A stretch of 64,000 nt of DNA from Bdellovibrionales bacterium (GTDB lineage: Bacteria > Bdellovibrionota > Bdellovibrionia > Bdellovibrionales > UBA1609): NCBI GenBank assembly GCA_965261545.1, contig CBDHDF010000011.1, forward strand, positions 64,001-128,000. The letters are read 5' to 3'. The translations under genes were made by a program, and so were the position numbers. Below are positions 18,626 to 29,551 of the stretch, piece by piece. Within the stretch, counting starts at the first letter, position 1, and each line of letters starts with the position of its first letter. The notes below the pieces were generated by a model. The model was not told where the DNA came from and did no database searches. It worked only from the letters and a program-made list of their open reading frames with translations.

Positions 18626-19903
18626 CTATGACTTTCTCTTTCGATTTTGGTTTTGGTTTTGATTTTGGTTTTGATTTTGGCTTCGGTTTCGATTTTTGTT
18701 CTGGCTTTGATTTTGATTTCGATTTTGGTTGAGTTCTTTTTCAAGTTGATAACCATAGTGGTCTTGATAAAGATTTTCCCAAAATAATAAGTCTGCGGGG
18801 CAAATACAACAAGAGGACTTGGCAAAATTGATGGCCAATGGGTAGGAGGAACTTTGAATGACAGCGAGAAGTGAGGACATCCCTCTTTTTTCAAGCTGCT
18901 TTCTTCGAGCCAATAAATTTTGCATCTGAATGGATCGAGCCACAAAAGCTTGTTCATATTTAAACATACCCAGTTCATCTCTCATTATAGCCAGTAGCTT
19001 CTCATCAGCCATCAATTCGTGGACATGGACCATACCCTCCTTCTCTATAAAGCAACGATAATAGGCATGAATAAATTGGCTGAAAAGAACAAGGGGAACC
19101 TCCTTATCAAGGTAACCATCATGGAATTGGCGAAGCTCATCAATAAAATTTTCACTTTCCATGGATTGATGAATATTGGGAGCAATGGCTTTGAGAACTC
19201 CAAGATCATAGGCTTCTAGGAAAGCGCCCGAGGGGGCGTCAAGCTTCATAAATTTGATAAACTCTTCTCGCCGCCGGGCGAGGGCAGAACCTTGGAGACT
19301 GGAAGCATGATTTTTCAAGTGATAGCGAAGCTGTGAATCTATGGAGAAGTTAAGTTTGTGGGCCAGGCGTATTGCACGGAAAATGCGTATAGAATCTTCC
19401 ACAAGCCGTGTGTTCGGATCGCCAATCATGCGCACAGTTCGAGTTTCTAAGTCCTTGAGGCCGTGACAATAATCCATAAGTTGGTCACTCATGGGATCAT
19501 AGAAAAGTCCATTGATGGTAAAGTCACGGCGATTCGCATCTTCATTGAGAGAGCCAAAGAAATTATCCCCCTCAGAGGCTCCATCTTTCCTGTCCTCCTC
19601 TCGAATATCTCGCCGAAAAGTAGCCACCTCCAGTTGAAGGTCTCCCCTTTTCACTAAAACGAGACGAAATCTCTTCCCAATGACATAGGCATTACTAATA
19701 AGCCTTTTCACTTGGTTAGGGCGAGCGGACGTAGCAATATCAAAGTCTTTGGGCAACTTTCCCACAAGAAGGTCCCTAACACAGCCCCCCACAAGGTAGG
19801 TTTCATGCCCATGTTGCTGAAGAGTCTTGACGATTTCTGTGGCGTGGGGGTTGATAAAGTTGATATGCAGATGAGGTCGAGGTCGTTTCGCCATAGAGGG
19901 CAT
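18626..19903 (-). CDS. pcnB: Poly(A) polymerase I
   Basis: VGGCVRD, KDFDIAT, PAP-type VIGKRFRLVLV, EVATFR, RRDFTIN. Confidence 0.88.
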   Translation of the reverse strand: MPSMAKRPRPHLHINFINPHATEIVKTLQQHGHETYLVGGCVRDLLVGKLPKDFDIATSARPNQVKRLISNAYVIGKRFRLVLVKRGDLQLEVATFRRDIREEDRKDGASEGDNFFGSLNEDANRRDFTINGLFYDPMSDQLMDYCHGLKDLETRTVRMIGDPNTRLVEDSIRIFRAIRLAHKLNFSIDSQLRYHLKNHASSLQGSALARRREEFIKFMKLDAPSGAFLEAYDLGVLKAIAPNIHQSMESENFIDELRQFHDGYLDKEVPLVLFSQFIHAYYRCFIEKEGMVHVHELMADEKLLAIMRDELGMFKYEQAFVARSIQMQNLLARRKQLEKRGMSSLLAVIQSSSYPLAINFAKSSCCICPADLLFWENLYQDHYGYQLEKELNQNRNQNQSQNKNRNRSQNQNQNQNQNQNRKRKS

Positions 19904-20043
19904 AATGAAGGCAACAAGGTAAAAATGCAACATCGGGGGACGAAAATGTCCTCATACAACATACGAGAGATAAAAATGTCCATACTTAAACAACTCCATC
20001 GCCGCAAATTTACTCGTCGCATTAAAAAATATGTATAAATTAT

Positions 20044-21462
20044 TTATAAGATTTTACGAATAATTTTGTTGCGAAAAGAAAATATTTTTTGAATATCTTT
20101 GGCAATAAAGGAGCCCATGAGTGCATTCCCCAGATATTTCATGGGAGGGCGAAAACACACTTGGTCAGTCATAAGAGTTCCACCAGCAAAGCTTTCAAAC
20201 CGGTGTGTGTGTTCCCACTTGGAATAGGGCCCCTTAAGTTGCACATCGAAAAACCCATGGGGTGGATTCCAATCTTTAATGAGAGTGCGCCATTTCATTG
20301 GAAATCCATGGATTCTTAGCTGATAATCAATTTGGCTCCCAGACTGTATTTCAGGTCGAGTTCCTGATTGTATTTCAGGCTGTATTTTAGAAGTGTCTTC
20401 GCTGAGATTTTTTAAACCGAGAATTTTTAAACGAATCCAAGGGGGTGTGATTTTTTCCAGATTTTCTGTCTTAGAAAAAAAATCAAAAACATCACTTTGA
20501 TTTTTTTTGAGCCAAAGACGATTGTTAAATTCATGGTCATAGGGGTTGTCTGGCAACAGATCTTCAAGGGCTTCAGGTAGCATAGGGTATTTAAAAGGGA
20601 AGTCCATATCCATAAGCCTTTTGGGAAGTACTTTTTGACTGGCCACAATGTATTTGGCGACCTCACCCTGGGTAAGACGTAAGCCCACATAGGGCACGGA
20701 AGGTGATACAAAGCCACCTAGGGTTTCTGCCATGGTCTCTATAAACTTGCGATGGACTGTGGCGTGAGGAGCCGTCAAATTGTAGGTGCCATTGAAAGCA
20801 GAGTTTTCTAAAGCTTCACAAAAAAAGTGAACCACATCTTCCAAATGAATCCAACTCATCCATTGCCGACCATGGCCCAAAGGAGAGCCCAATCCACATC
20901 TAAAAAGGGGGTGAAGCTTTTCAATTAAACCTCCTCCTTTTCCAAGAACCAAACCTATTCTAGCAACAATGCGGCGGCAATGGCTCTCTAGAGAAGATGT
21001 CTCTTCTTCCCAGGCTCTGCACAATTTAGCAAGAAAGTCATTCCCTGAAGGGGTCATTTCAGTGACCTCCCTGTTCTCACAGTCCCCGTAATAACCTATG
21101 GCCGAGGCCGATATGAAACATTTCAAAGTGGAATTTGATGAAAGAAGAGCTTGCACAATGTGTCGAGTTCCCTGAGTGCGTGAATCCCATAATTCCTTCT
21201 TATAAGATGGATTCCAACGCTTCCCAGCAATAGAGGCCCCCGCCAAATGAATCAGAGCCTCGACACCTGAAAAAAGTGCTGGGTCCACTCCCTTCTTCGG
21301 ATCCCAAGTAGCACAATGGTAAGGAGTATGGGAGAATCTTGAGCCAGAAACAGAAGAATTTACGCGTCGAGTTAAAATGCAAACTTCGTGACCTCTGCGT
21401 GCAAGGGCTTCACAGAGCCTATTTCCAATAAAACCTGTCGCCCCCGTGACCAACACCCTCAT
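20044..21462 (-). CDS. TIGR01777 family NAD-dependent oxidoreductase fused to C-terminal SRPBCC domain
   Basis: VTGATGFIG, SASAIGYYG, GRQWMSWIH; then VFDFFS..ENLEKITPP...DVQLKGPYSKWEHTHRF. Confidence 0.9.
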   Translation of the reverse strand: MRVLVTGATGFIGNRLCEALARRGHEVCILTRRVNSSVSGSRFSHTPYHCATWDPKKGVDPALFSGVEALIHLAGASIAGKRWNPSYKKELWDSRTQGTRHIVQALLSSNSTLKCFISASAIGYYGDCENREVTEMTPSGNDFLAKLCRAWEEETSSLESHCRRIVARIGLVLGKGGGLIEKLHPLFRCGLGSPLGHGRQWMSWIHLEDVVHFFCEALENSAFNGTYNLTAPHATVHRKFIETMAETLGGFVSPSVPYVGLRLTQGEVAKYIVASQKVLPKRLMDMDFPFKYPMLPEALEDLLPDNPYDHEFNNRLWLKKNQSDVFDFFSKTENLEKITPPWIRLKILGLKNLSEDTSKIQPEIQSGTRPEIQSGSQIDYQLRIHGFPMKWRTLIKDWNPPHGFFDVQLKGPYSKWEHTHRFESFAGGTLMTDQVCFRPPMKYLGNALMGSFIAKDIQKIFSFRNKIIRKIL

Positions 21463-21698
21463 ACAACCCCCCTACAATAAAGTATACATACCTTAAAAAA
21501 AAGGTATATATTTATATTGCGCATTCATTACATGGAGGAGGGAAAATTTAACCTTTTATCGCAAAAGTAATACGGAATATGATATAGCCATATAACACAT
21601 ATAGAATAATACATATAAAAGGACATATAGTAAGCATAATAGAGTAGGCATATAGAAAATGAGTAACAAATACAAATAATGATATAATGGGTCACTGA

Positions 21699-22076
21699 AT
21701 GATGAAGCAAGGGATACAAAAATTAAAATCACAGCCAAAGGATTCGGACTCATTGGAGAAACCTTTATATGAAGTCCAAATCGCTGGCATGACTCTCAAG
21801 CTACGCTCATCCCATGATTCAAAGACTGTCGATGAATTGGTTCAAACTGTGAACGATAAGGTTCAAGAAGTGCAAAACCACAGTACGAGAATTTCACCCC
21901 AAAGTGCATTGGTTTTAGCAGGATTGCATTTAGCAGAGGACTTGATCCTCATGAAGCGCTCCGCCCAGTTAGAACTCTGTCAACTAGAAACTCGTGCATG
22001 TGAGATATTATCTGACCTAGATCGAGAGTCTACCACCATATCACAAACAGGCATGGCGATGAAATCAAGCCCATAA
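21699..22076 (+). CDS. zapA: Cell division protein ZapA
   Basis: YEVQIAGMTLKLRS...VNDKV...ALVLAGLHLAEDL; synteny with ygfA/rny. Confidence 0.85.
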   Translation: MMKQGIQKLKSQPKDSDSLEKPLYEVQIAGMTLKLRSSHDSKTVDELVQTVNDKVQEVQNHSTRISPQSALVLAGLHLAEDLILMKRSAQLELCQLETRACEILSDLDRESTTISQTGMAMKSSP

Positions 22077-22194
22077 ATAAAATGGGAGAGTTTCGTTGTT
22101 GGTCGTAGGTGTCAGTTTTATGCTTTTGAGTGGTATTGTAGAAGGTGTAGGTCAAAATGCAAATCATTTACAGCCCAATCAAAGAGGGCTAGGG

Positions 22195-22887
22195 ATGGAG
22201 TTAGAGCTATGGAATGACAAAGCCAAAGCTCGTAGTTACTTCTCTCAAAAACGAAATGAATTTGTCAAAATCCAAAAGAGACAGGGGACCCTCCCAAGCC
22301 TCTCCTTTCACTTTGGCCAGTACCTACAAAGTCTCTTTGAACAACTCTTCCAAAGAAAAATTAAATCTGAAAAGAGTTCTGAAAAAGAAGATAACTCTAA
22401 ACAAAAATGGGCTTTAAGGGGAGCCTTAGGGGAAACTTCAGCTAACCTGACCATTGCAAGCTACAGGGCCATAGGATCCGAGGTCTCCACAGATAGCTTT
22501 CCAAGCTCCACCCATTCTTGGGCTCAATGGGTTTACCCCAAAATTCAGGGATCTCAGCTTGAATTTTTACAACCCCTAAGCCATACACCTACAGGGTTTG
22601 TTAAAAGTTCTTGGGGAATTGAAGAACCCTGTGAAGGTTCCAGTAAAGTTTCATTGGATAGCATAGATATTATTCTCATTCCCGGAATTGCTTTTGATCG
22701 TCGAGGTCATCGTTTGGGAACAGGCAAGGGATTTTACGATCGAACCTTAAACCATTACCGAGGAGTCAAAGTCGGAATTGCCTACGCCGCACAAATTAGC
22801 TCCAACGACCTTGCGACAGAAGAGCATGACCTTCCCATGGACTACGTTCTCACGGAAAAATATATGCTCAGAAATTTAAAAACTTAA
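22195..22887 (+). CDS. 5-formyltetrahydrofolate cyclo-ligase
   Basis: WGIEEP, LIPGIAFDRRGHRLGTGKGFYDR, EEHDLPMD. Confidence 0.92.
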   Translation: MELELWNDKAKARSYFSQKRNEFVKIQKRQGTLPSLSFHFGQYLQSLFEQLFQRKIKSEKSSEKEDNSKQKWALRGALGETSANLTIASYRAIGSEVSTDSFPSSTHSWAQWVYPKIQGSQLEFLQPLSHTPTGFVKSSWGIEEPCEGSSKVSLDSIDIILIPGIAFDRRGHRLGTGKGFYDRTLNHYRGVKVGIAYAAQISSNDLATEEHDLPMDYVLTEKYMLRNLKT

Positions 22888-22906
22888 AAAGGTTAAAGAG
22901 GTTATC

Positions 22907-24490
22907 ATGGAAACATCCGCAATGGTTATTTTAGCTGCAAGCTTTGTCATCGGCATGATGGTGGGTTTTGCCAGTATTTTTATCTATCGAAAAATGTTGG
23001 ATGATAAAAAAAGAGGGTTGGCTCAAAAAGAGGCCCAAAGAATTATAAACCGATCCAAGTCCCAAGCAACTCGCATTGAAAAGGACTCCAAGAAAAAGGC
23101 ATCTGAATTTGAGAATCGAGCCCGACGAAATGTAGAATCAGATATTAGTAAGCAAAAGCAACAAATCAAAAATACGCAAAAGCAGCTGAAAGATAAAGAA
23201 CAACGACTTGAAAGAGACTACAAGAAAAAAGATGATAAATTTAAACGTAAAATGACCCAATTGGAAGAACGCAATGATCAATTAAATGTAGTGGAAAAAA
23301 GAACCACCGACTTAGAGGAGCAAGCCCGCCGCGAAGTCGATATTCTCCAAGATAAATTGGCCAGCATCGGACACATGACCCCTGAACAAGCTCGTGAGGA
23401 ATTAAAGTTAGCTCTTGAAGAGCAAACGAGGCGAAACTTCTCAGGTCACCTTGCTCACATTGAAGATGAAATGAGAGCCGAGGCTCAAAAAAAATCCCTG
23501 AGAATATTAACCACAGCGATTGCCCGGTATGCCAGTGAAGTTTCCACGGAGAGAACAGTGAGCAATGTGGCCCTCATCAGTGATGAAATGAAAGGTAAGA
23601 TCATTGGTCGCGAGGGACGCAATATCCGAGCCCTAGAAGCCGCTTGTGGAGTTGACCTCATTATTGATGAAACTCCTGAGTCTGTTGTCATCTCAAGCTT
23701 TGACCCTGTAAGACGAGAAATTGCACGCCTGACTCTTATAAGGCTCATGGAGGATGGGCGTGTTCATCCCGCCCGTATTGAAGAAGTTGTGACAAAGGTG
23801 AAGTCAGACCTTTTTAACACGATTAAAGAGGACGGCGAAAAGGCGTGTTTTGATGCAGGTATTCACGGCGTCCATCCCGCTATTATCAACCTTCTCGGTG
23901 GCTTAAAATACAGACATTCAGGGGTTCAAAATCTTTACAAACATAGCCTTGAGGTCTCCCATATTTCAGGTCTTATCGCCGCCGAGGTGGGTTGTGACCA
24001 AAAACTTGCAAAAAGAGCCGGCCTTCTCCATGCCATTGGTAAGTGCATTGATCACTCTGTGCAGGGAAGTTACGCCGAAGTTGGAGCTGATTTCGCAAAA
24101 CGTCATAGTGAAAAGAGAGCGATCGTGCAAGCTATACGCTTTCATTGTGGAACACAAGAGTCGCAAACCCTTCTGGGCCACATTATCCAGGCCGCCAATA
24201 ATTTAGCTGAAGCTCGCCCTGGAGCCCGAGCCTCCACCATGGAGTCTTACATTAAAAGACTCAGCGACTTAGAGTCCATTGGCAATAGCTTTGATGGTGT
24301 CTTACGAACTTTTGCCATCCAGTCAGGCAAAGAGATACGTGTCCTTGTGGACAGTGGAAAAATCACAGACAACCAATCCCAAATGCTCACCCGCGATATC
24401 GCAAGAAAAGTCGAGCGTGAACTCAACTATCCAGGTCAAATCAAGGTCTCTGTGATTCGCGAAACTCGAATTGTAGAAAACGCAAGATAA
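22907..24490 (+). CDS. rny: Ribonuclease Y (HD catalytic residues substituted)
   Basis: N-terminal TM, coiled coil, KH ([13 protein letters not shown]), HD-like region, [18 protein letters not shown]. Confidence 0.93.
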   Translation: METSAMVILAASFVIGMMVGFASIFIYRKMLDDKKRGLAQKEAQRIINRSKSQATRIEKDSKKKASEFENRARRNVESDISKQKQQIKNTQKQLKDKEQRLERDYKKKDDKFKRKMTQLEERNDQLNVVEKRTTDLEEQARREVDILQDKLASIGHMTPEQAREELKLALEEQTRRNFSGHLAHIEDEMRAEAQKKSLRILTTAIARYASEVSTERTVSNVALISDEMKGKIIGREGRNIRALEAACGVDLIIDETPESVVISSFDPVRREIARLTLIRLMEDGRVHPARIEEVVTKVKSDLFNTIKEDGEKACFDAGIHGVHPAIINLLGGLKYRHSGVQNLYKHSLEVSHISGLIAAEVGCDQKLAKRAGLLHAIGKCIDHSVQGSYAEVGADFAKRHSEKRAIVQAIRFHCGTQESQTLLGHIIQAANNLAEARPGARASTMESYIKRLSDLESIGNSFDGVLRTFAIQSGKEIRVLVDSGKITDNQSQMLTRDIARKVERELNYPGQIKVSVIRETRIVENAR

Positions 24491-24491
24491 A

Positions 24492-25754
24492 ATGCAAGAT
24501 AAAACGCAAAATAATAAAAGGTTCACACCCTCTTTCACACTCTCTCCAGAAGAACAGTTGCGAGAACTTAAAAAAGGAGTTGTCGACTTTATCTCCGAAG
24601 AAGAACTTTTAAAAAAACTCACCGACTCCTACAAAAGCCAAAAACCACTGCGTATTAAAGTCGGCTTTGACCCTTCAAAACCCGATCTCCACCTTGGGCA
24701 TACCGTCGTTATAAATAAAATGAAGCAATTCCAAGACCTTGGGCATCAAGTGATTTTTCTCATCGGAGACTTTACGGGGCTTATTGGAGATCCCACAGGT
24801 AAAAATGAAACTCGCCCCGTCTTAACAAAGCAGAACGTTCAAGACAATGCTCAAACATATGCACAACAAGTCTATCGCATTCTTAAACCTGAACTTACAG
24901 AAATTGCCTATAACTCCCAGTGGATGAATCGACTTTCATCCACTGACTTCATCCATTTGACCTCTCGATACACCATTGCAAGAATGCTAGAACGAGATGA
25001 TTTTGAGAAACGCTACAAAAACCAAGAGTCCATTTGTATTCACGAGTTTTTATACCCCTTGGTGCAAGCCTATGATTCCGTCGCTTTAAAGGCTGATGTG
25101 GAACTCGGAGGAGTTGATCAAAAGTTTAATCTTCTTGTAGGACGTGACATTCAGAAGTCCTATGGTATGAACCCCCAGTGCATTTTAACTGTCCCTATTC
25201 TCGAAGGCTTGGACGGCACTCAAAAGATGTCCAAAAGTTTAAACAACTACATTGCAATTCAAGACTCTTCCAAAGAAATGTTTGGAAAAATCATGCGCCT
25301 TACAGATGAACTAATGATACGCTACTATGAATTGCTCACCGACAAAACAGTAAGTGAAATGGAAGACCTCCAAAAAAACCTTATGTCAGGAAATTTACAC
25401 CCTCGTAGGGCTAAAGTGGGATTGGCAAAAATTTTTGTGAAACGCTTTCACAGTGAAGAAGCCGCTGAAAATGCAGAAAAAGAATTCGATAGAATTTTTG
25501 TCAACAAAGGGCTTCCCGATGACATCCCTGAACACTCACTCAAATGCGAAGAAAGTGTATCTCTATGCCACCTTATGGTGGACCTGAACTTGGCCGTTTC
25601 CAACAGTGAGGCCCGACGACTTATTCAAGGAGGAGGCGTTCAAATAGAGGGAAAAAAGATTCATGACCCTCAAATGAAGTTAAACCTGAGCAAGGGAGAT
25701 ACCTTTATTGTCCGCTCAGGTAAGAAGAAATTTGCAAAGGTGGTTGTATCGTGA
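24492..25754 (+). CDS. tyrS: Tyrosine--tRNA ligase
   Basis: [27 protein letters not shown]-terminal S4 domain. Confidence 0.97.
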   Translation: MQDKTQNNKRFTPSFTLSPEEQLRELKKGVVDFISEEELLKKLTDSYKSQKPLRIKVGFDPSKPDLHLGHTVVINKMKQFQDLGHQVIFLIGDFTGLIGDPTGKNETRPVLTKQNVQDNAQTYAQQVYRILKPELTEIAYNSQWMNRLSSTDFIHLTSRYTIARMLERDDFEKRYKNQESICIHEFLYPLVQAYDSVALKADVELGGVDQKFNLLVGRDIQKSYGMNPQCILTVPILEGLDGTQKMSKSLNNYIAIQDSSKEMFGKIMRLTDELMIRYYELLTDKTVSEMEDLQKNLMSGNLHPRRAKVGLAKIFVKRFHSEEAAENAEKEFDRIFVNKGLPDDIPEHSLKCEESVSLCHLMVDLNLAVSNSEARRLIQGGGVQIEGKKIHDPQMKLNLSKGDTFIVRSGKKKFAKVVVS

Positions 25755-26407
25755 AAGTTAAATTTATACCCCAAAATGTTGAGTACGAGATTGAACCGGG
25801 TGAGTCCATTATGAAATTAGCTCACAAAAAGGGCCTTCCCATACGATCTGTTTGTAACGGAATCCCATCTTGTGCCGAGTGCCGTGTGCATATCATTGAA
25901 GGGGAACACAATATTACCCCTCCTTCCTCCAAGGAAATCAGCCTCATTGGAACAGGCCATTTTATAGACCACAGAAGACTCTCTTGCCAGACTCAATGTT
26001 TTGGAGATGTGACGATCGATTTGTCAGAGCAAATTGAAACTGAAAAAATCTATGGATCTCAACGTCCCCAAGGCTCTCTCAAAAAAGAGAGCACGGAAGA
26101 GTCCTTGGCTGTCACTGGCAATCTCATCGATCAAGATAAAGACCTTCTCAGTGAAAACGATGATTTGGATGAAGATGAGGAAAACGATGATTTGAATGAG
26201 CAGAATGAAGGTCACCCAGGAGATCGCTCCGTCCTCAATGAAGTCGATGAGATCGATAAGGCTCACAACATGAGGGAGAGTAAAAAAAGGAATCGAAAAC
26301 AAGATCGAGATCACAATAGAAATAGAAACTCAAATAAAAATAAAGGCTCAAGAGGCCACTCTCACAAGACCAAAGAGTCTTCCCAAAAGGGTCCTTCCAA
26401 AAAGTGA
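25751..26407 (+). CDS. 2Fe-2S ferredoxin-domain protein with acidic/basic disordered tail
   Basis: [10 protein letters not shown]...RLSCQ. Confidence 0.88.
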   Translation: MKVKFIPQNVEYEIEPGESIMKLAHKKGLPIRSVCNGIPSCAECRVHIIEGEHNITPPSSKEISLIGTGHFIDHRRLSCQTQCFGDVTIDLSEQIETEKIYGSQRPQGSLKKESTEESLAVTGNLIDQDKDLLSENDDLDEDEENDDLNEQNEGHPGDRSVLNEVDEIDKAHNMRESKKRNRKQDRDHNRNRNSNKNKGSRGHSHKTKESSQKGPSKK

Positions 26408-26500
26408 CCTTTTCCAAAGAGACTTTCCCAAAAGAGGCTCTCCAAAAAGAGACTCTCTCAAAAGAGGCTCTCCAAAAAGAGACTCTCCAAAATTGAGACG
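26395..26500 (+). repeat. 15-bp tandem repeat x~6-7 between ferredoxin and nucleosidase genes
   Basis: Units like tccaaaaagagactc / tcaaaagaggctc. Confidence 0.9.
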
Positions 26501-27245
26501 GCTTGTGGTATCACCCTTAAAGTGGGAACATAACCTTCTCATTCAATCTTTGGAAGACTTAGGGTTCCAATCACAAAAACAACAAACTCCCAAAGAGCAA
26601 AAGACTCCGCAAAATTCATCTCTACAAATTGCAATCTTTAAAAGCCTAGAAACCATGTGTGTACAGGGAGGGCATGGTAAGGTAAACTTTTTCTCGAACA
26701 CTGGCCACTATTTAAGAAAGTATAAAGGTATCAAAGAAGTCATTGCACTCGGAACTTGTGGATCTTTAAATGAAAAACTTCAAGTGGGCCATGTTGTTAT
26801 TGGTAGTGCCAGCGTAGAGCATGATAAAAAAATTCATGCCCCAGGAGGAGAGCTTCCAAAGTTCTTTCCCCACAAGGATTGGTTGGAAAGAATCAAGGGC
26901 CATTTGGTGGAAAGGCCTTTTTGCTCTCTAGGCGTCATTGCCAGTGGTGATGAAGATATCCTAAGTCGAGAACGAGCCCTTGAATTAAGAAATCAAACGG
27001 GTGCTGACGTCGTTGCTTGGGAAGGGGCAGGAGGAGCCAAAGCCTGCCAAAAGGCTAAAGTCAATTACATAGAGATTCGAGGAGTCACCGATAGACCCTG
27101 CCAATCATATCAAGTATCTCCAAACCAATTACGAAAAATCTTTAAAGAAAATCTACCTCAAGTCATGAAAAAATTAGCACAGGTTCTCATTAATCTCCCT
27201 CCATCAAAGGACGAGGGGGAACCATCCCCATCAAGCAGGCGTTGA
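26493..27245 (+). CDS. 5'-methylthioadenosine/S-adenosylhomocysteine nucleosidase family protein
   Basis: GGHGKV, LGTCGSL, IASGDE, VAWEGAG, EIRGVTD. Confidence 0.8.
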   Translation: MRRLVVSPLKWEHNLLIQSLEDLGFQSQKQQTPKEQKTPQNSSLQIAIFKSLETMCVQGGHGKVNFFSNTGHYLRKYKGIKEVIALGTCGSLNEKLQVGHVVIGSASVEHDKKIHAPGGELPKFFPHKDWLERIKGHLVERPFCSLGVIASGDEDILSRERALELRNQTGADVVAWEGAGGAKACQKAKVNYIEIRGVTDRPCQSYQVSPNQLRKIFKENLPQVMKKLAQVLINLPPSKDEGEPSPSSRR

Positions 27246-27304
27246 GTTCATCGAAGGGGGCGAGCCACGAGAATTGATAATTGATATAGGAGTTTGCTCA
27301 TATC

Positions 27305-28717
27305 ATGAAGAAAGTTGTTGTCATAGGCGGAGGTTTTACTGGGCTTACGACAGCCTATTACCTAGTTCGTGCGGGGTTTCATGTGGAGATTCATGAGAAA
27401 TCCCCCTCATGGGGGGGCCTCATCCACACCCATCACAATGATTTCGGAATGATTGAGACGGCAGCCAATGGAATTCTTAAGACCCCTCAACTGGTTGAAC
27501 TTTGCAAAAATATTGGCGTTTCTCTGATAACAACCACTGAAAAAAGTCGAAAGCGATGGATTTACCGTAACAGCCCTCAAAGGTGGCCCTTAAATTGGAG
27601 TGAATCCCTCCGCCTTTTTCCCTCCCTTGTTTCGCTGCTTTTGAATAAGAAAAAACATCGCCCCCGAGAGGGAGAGACTATTTCTCAATGGACTCAGAAA
27701 AATCTCTCCGCTGCTGCCCTTCAGTATTTAGTGGCTCCGGCCCTACAAGGTGTGTATGCAGGAGATCCTAGTCAAATGAGTGCTCAACTGGTTCTGGAAA
27801 AATTCTTTGCTGCCCCCAAAGCGAGACATCGAAAAGAAAAACGAGAGAGACCATGCACAGTGGCCCCCAAGGGTGGTATGGGAGAAATGATTCAACATCT
27901 TGTCACCTGGCTCCATCAGCAAGATGCCTCACTTTGCTTGAACTCGACTTATAGGTTTTCTCAGCCCTTTTCCCAACCGCTTTCTTGCCCCCATGTGGTT
28001 GCCACGGGCCTCAAAGCGACAGCCTCCTTAATAGAGCCCCTCGCCCCCAACCTGTCCCAAAAATTCTCTGAAGTAGAAACATACTCTCTCGTATCGACAA
28101 CGATATTTTTGAGTTCATCAAACCCACCAAACCCATCCAACCCATCAAGCTCACCAGGCCCCAGCCCACCAAGCCCATTGAGTCCACCTCGTTCATCAGA
28201 CTCACCAAGCCCAGCAAATAGTTTCCATGGTTTTGGATGTCTCTTTCCCACCTCTGAGAATTTCTTTCACCTTGGGGTCTTATTCAACGATTGTATTTTC
28301 GATCACCGAAGTTCATCTTGTCGCTCAGAAACATGGATGACCGGGGGGGCCTTTAACCCCAAATCTCTAGACTGTTCGGATCAGGAGATTTTACAGTGGA
28401 TTCTTAAAGATCGCCAAAAAATGTATGGACAAAAAGCTCTCGCGAACCCTCACAGTGGTGGTAGTTATGGGAGTCAAAAAGTTTTATTCTCTAAAACGAC
28501 TCGATGGCCCGATGCTCTTCCCAGCTATGGCTTTCAACTAGAATGTGCCCTGAAAGAATCTTCAAAGGCCAATCTATGTGGTCTCTACTTCAATGGTAAC
28601 TATATGGGGGGCATAGGCTTGAGCCGAATTCTTGATCGAGCTTCTCAACTCCCCGACCAACTTCAAGGGGAGATGTCTCCTGAGAAGAAATCTCCTAGCG
28701 AAAGAAACGATAAATGA
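27305..28717 (+). CDS. hemG: Protoporphyrinogen/coproporphyrinogen oxidase (HemY-type)
   Basis: VIGGGFTGL FAD fold, GVYAGDP, GFGCLFP, GNYMGGIGL. Confidence 0.85.
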   Translation: MKKVVVIGGGFTGLTTAYYLVRAGFHVEIHEKSPSWGGLIHTHHNDFGMIETAANGILKTPQLVELCKNIGVSLITTTEKSRKRWIYRNSPQRWPLNWSESLRLFPSLVSLLLNKKKHRPREGETISQWTQKNLSAAALQYLVAPALQGVYAGDPSQMSAQLVLEKFFAAPKARHRKEKRERPCTVAPKGGMGEMIQHLVTWLHQQDASLCLNSTYRFSQPFSQPLSCPHVVATGLKATASLIEPLAPNLSQKFSEVETYSLVSTTIFLSSSNPPNPSNPSSSPGPSPPSPLSPPRSSDSPSPANSFHGFGCLFPTSENFFHLGVLFNDCIFDHRSSSCRSETWMTGGAFNPKSLDCSDQEILQWILKDRQKMYGQKALANPHSGGSYGSQKVLFSKTTRWPDALPSYGFQLECALKESSKANLCGLYFNGNYMGGIGLSRILDRASQLPDQLQGEMSPEKKSPSERNDK

Positions 28718-29372
28718 GAACGGATAGCACGAGGCCAGGAATGCCTATTCCCACAAGATTCCTAAGCTCAGGTCTCATAAGCCCTAAAAAGACAATTCCT
28801 CCGTTGAATAAACTCATCCATGCAAAAATAGAGGAGCAACGAAAAAAAGTCTTTTTCTTTTTATCAGAACTTTTTGGTGACAAACTGTCACTGAGTTTGA
28901 GTTCTTTTCTAAGCTCTTTCCTAGGTTCTTCCCTAAGTGCCGTTCCAGAAGCTGTTATGAGCTTCTTGCTCTTTGTTTTTTCTTGAAAGGAAATGCCCCG
29001 CAGAAAATGTTCTTTGAAAAACAGGTCTGACTTATTAGAATCTCTTGGAGAGAGTGAAAAGGGGTCCGAAGTGGCATCCACCCAAAATTTTGTTTTACAA
29101 TAATAGCACTGGAATTTAGGAGTTTTTTCTTCTATGACATGGGAACTGGTATGGTATGTTTTTAAACACTCCGGACATTTCACTCTCTGATGTCTCACCT
29201 TTAAAGCCGGCTCTTTTTCAGAGACCACCTTACTTTCAGAAGGCACTTCACTTTCAGAAGACACTTTACTTTCAGAAGACACTTTATTTTCAAAAGACAC
29301 TTGGTTCTCAAAAGACACCTTGCCTTCAGGAGGTCCCTTGACTCCATTATTCATCTCAACCCAATTTCCCAC
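28695..29372 (-). CDS. Zinc-ribbon membrane-anchored hypothetical protein
   Basis: CPEC...FQCYYCKTKF; two C-terminal TM segments; N-terminal 18-bp repeats (KVSSES). Confidence 0.65.
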   Translation of the reverse strand: MGNWVEMNNGVKGPPEGKVSFENQVSFENKVSSESKVSSESEVPSESKVVSEKEPALKVRHQRVKCPECLKTYHTSSHVIEEKTPKFQCYYCKTKFWVDATSDPFSLSPRDSNKSDLFFKEHFLRGISFQEKTKSKKLITASGTALREEPRKELRKELKLSDSLSPKSSDKKKKTFFRCSSIFAWMSLFNGGIVFLGLMRPELRNLVGIGIPGLVLSVLIYRFFR

Positions 29373-29551
29373 TATCTTCCCCTAGAGAGCGAAGTCCCTC
29401 TTCCTTAACAAAAACAAATATCTTTAACAAATATCATTAAATTTCATTAGCAAATACCCTTAAAAGGTATTATAAGTCATGTCTACAAAAAATCGTTTAA
29501 ATAGTTATAATAGGGTGTAAATTTAGTACAAATAGAGGTAATTTAAGACTT

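Noticed and set aside
21480..21753. Tyr/Ile-rich short ORFs upstream of zapA
   Set aside because: By-products of AT-rich degenerate repeats in a divergent promoter region
22077..22194. 6S RNA expected between zapA and the 5-FTHF cyclo-ligase
   Set aside because: Gap is only ~118 nt and shows just one small hairpin, not the long rod; needs an Infernal search
26395..26500. CRISPR-like array (also 13590-13663 and 29220-29320)
   Set aside because: Units are directly adjacent with no unique spacers, and there are no cas genes
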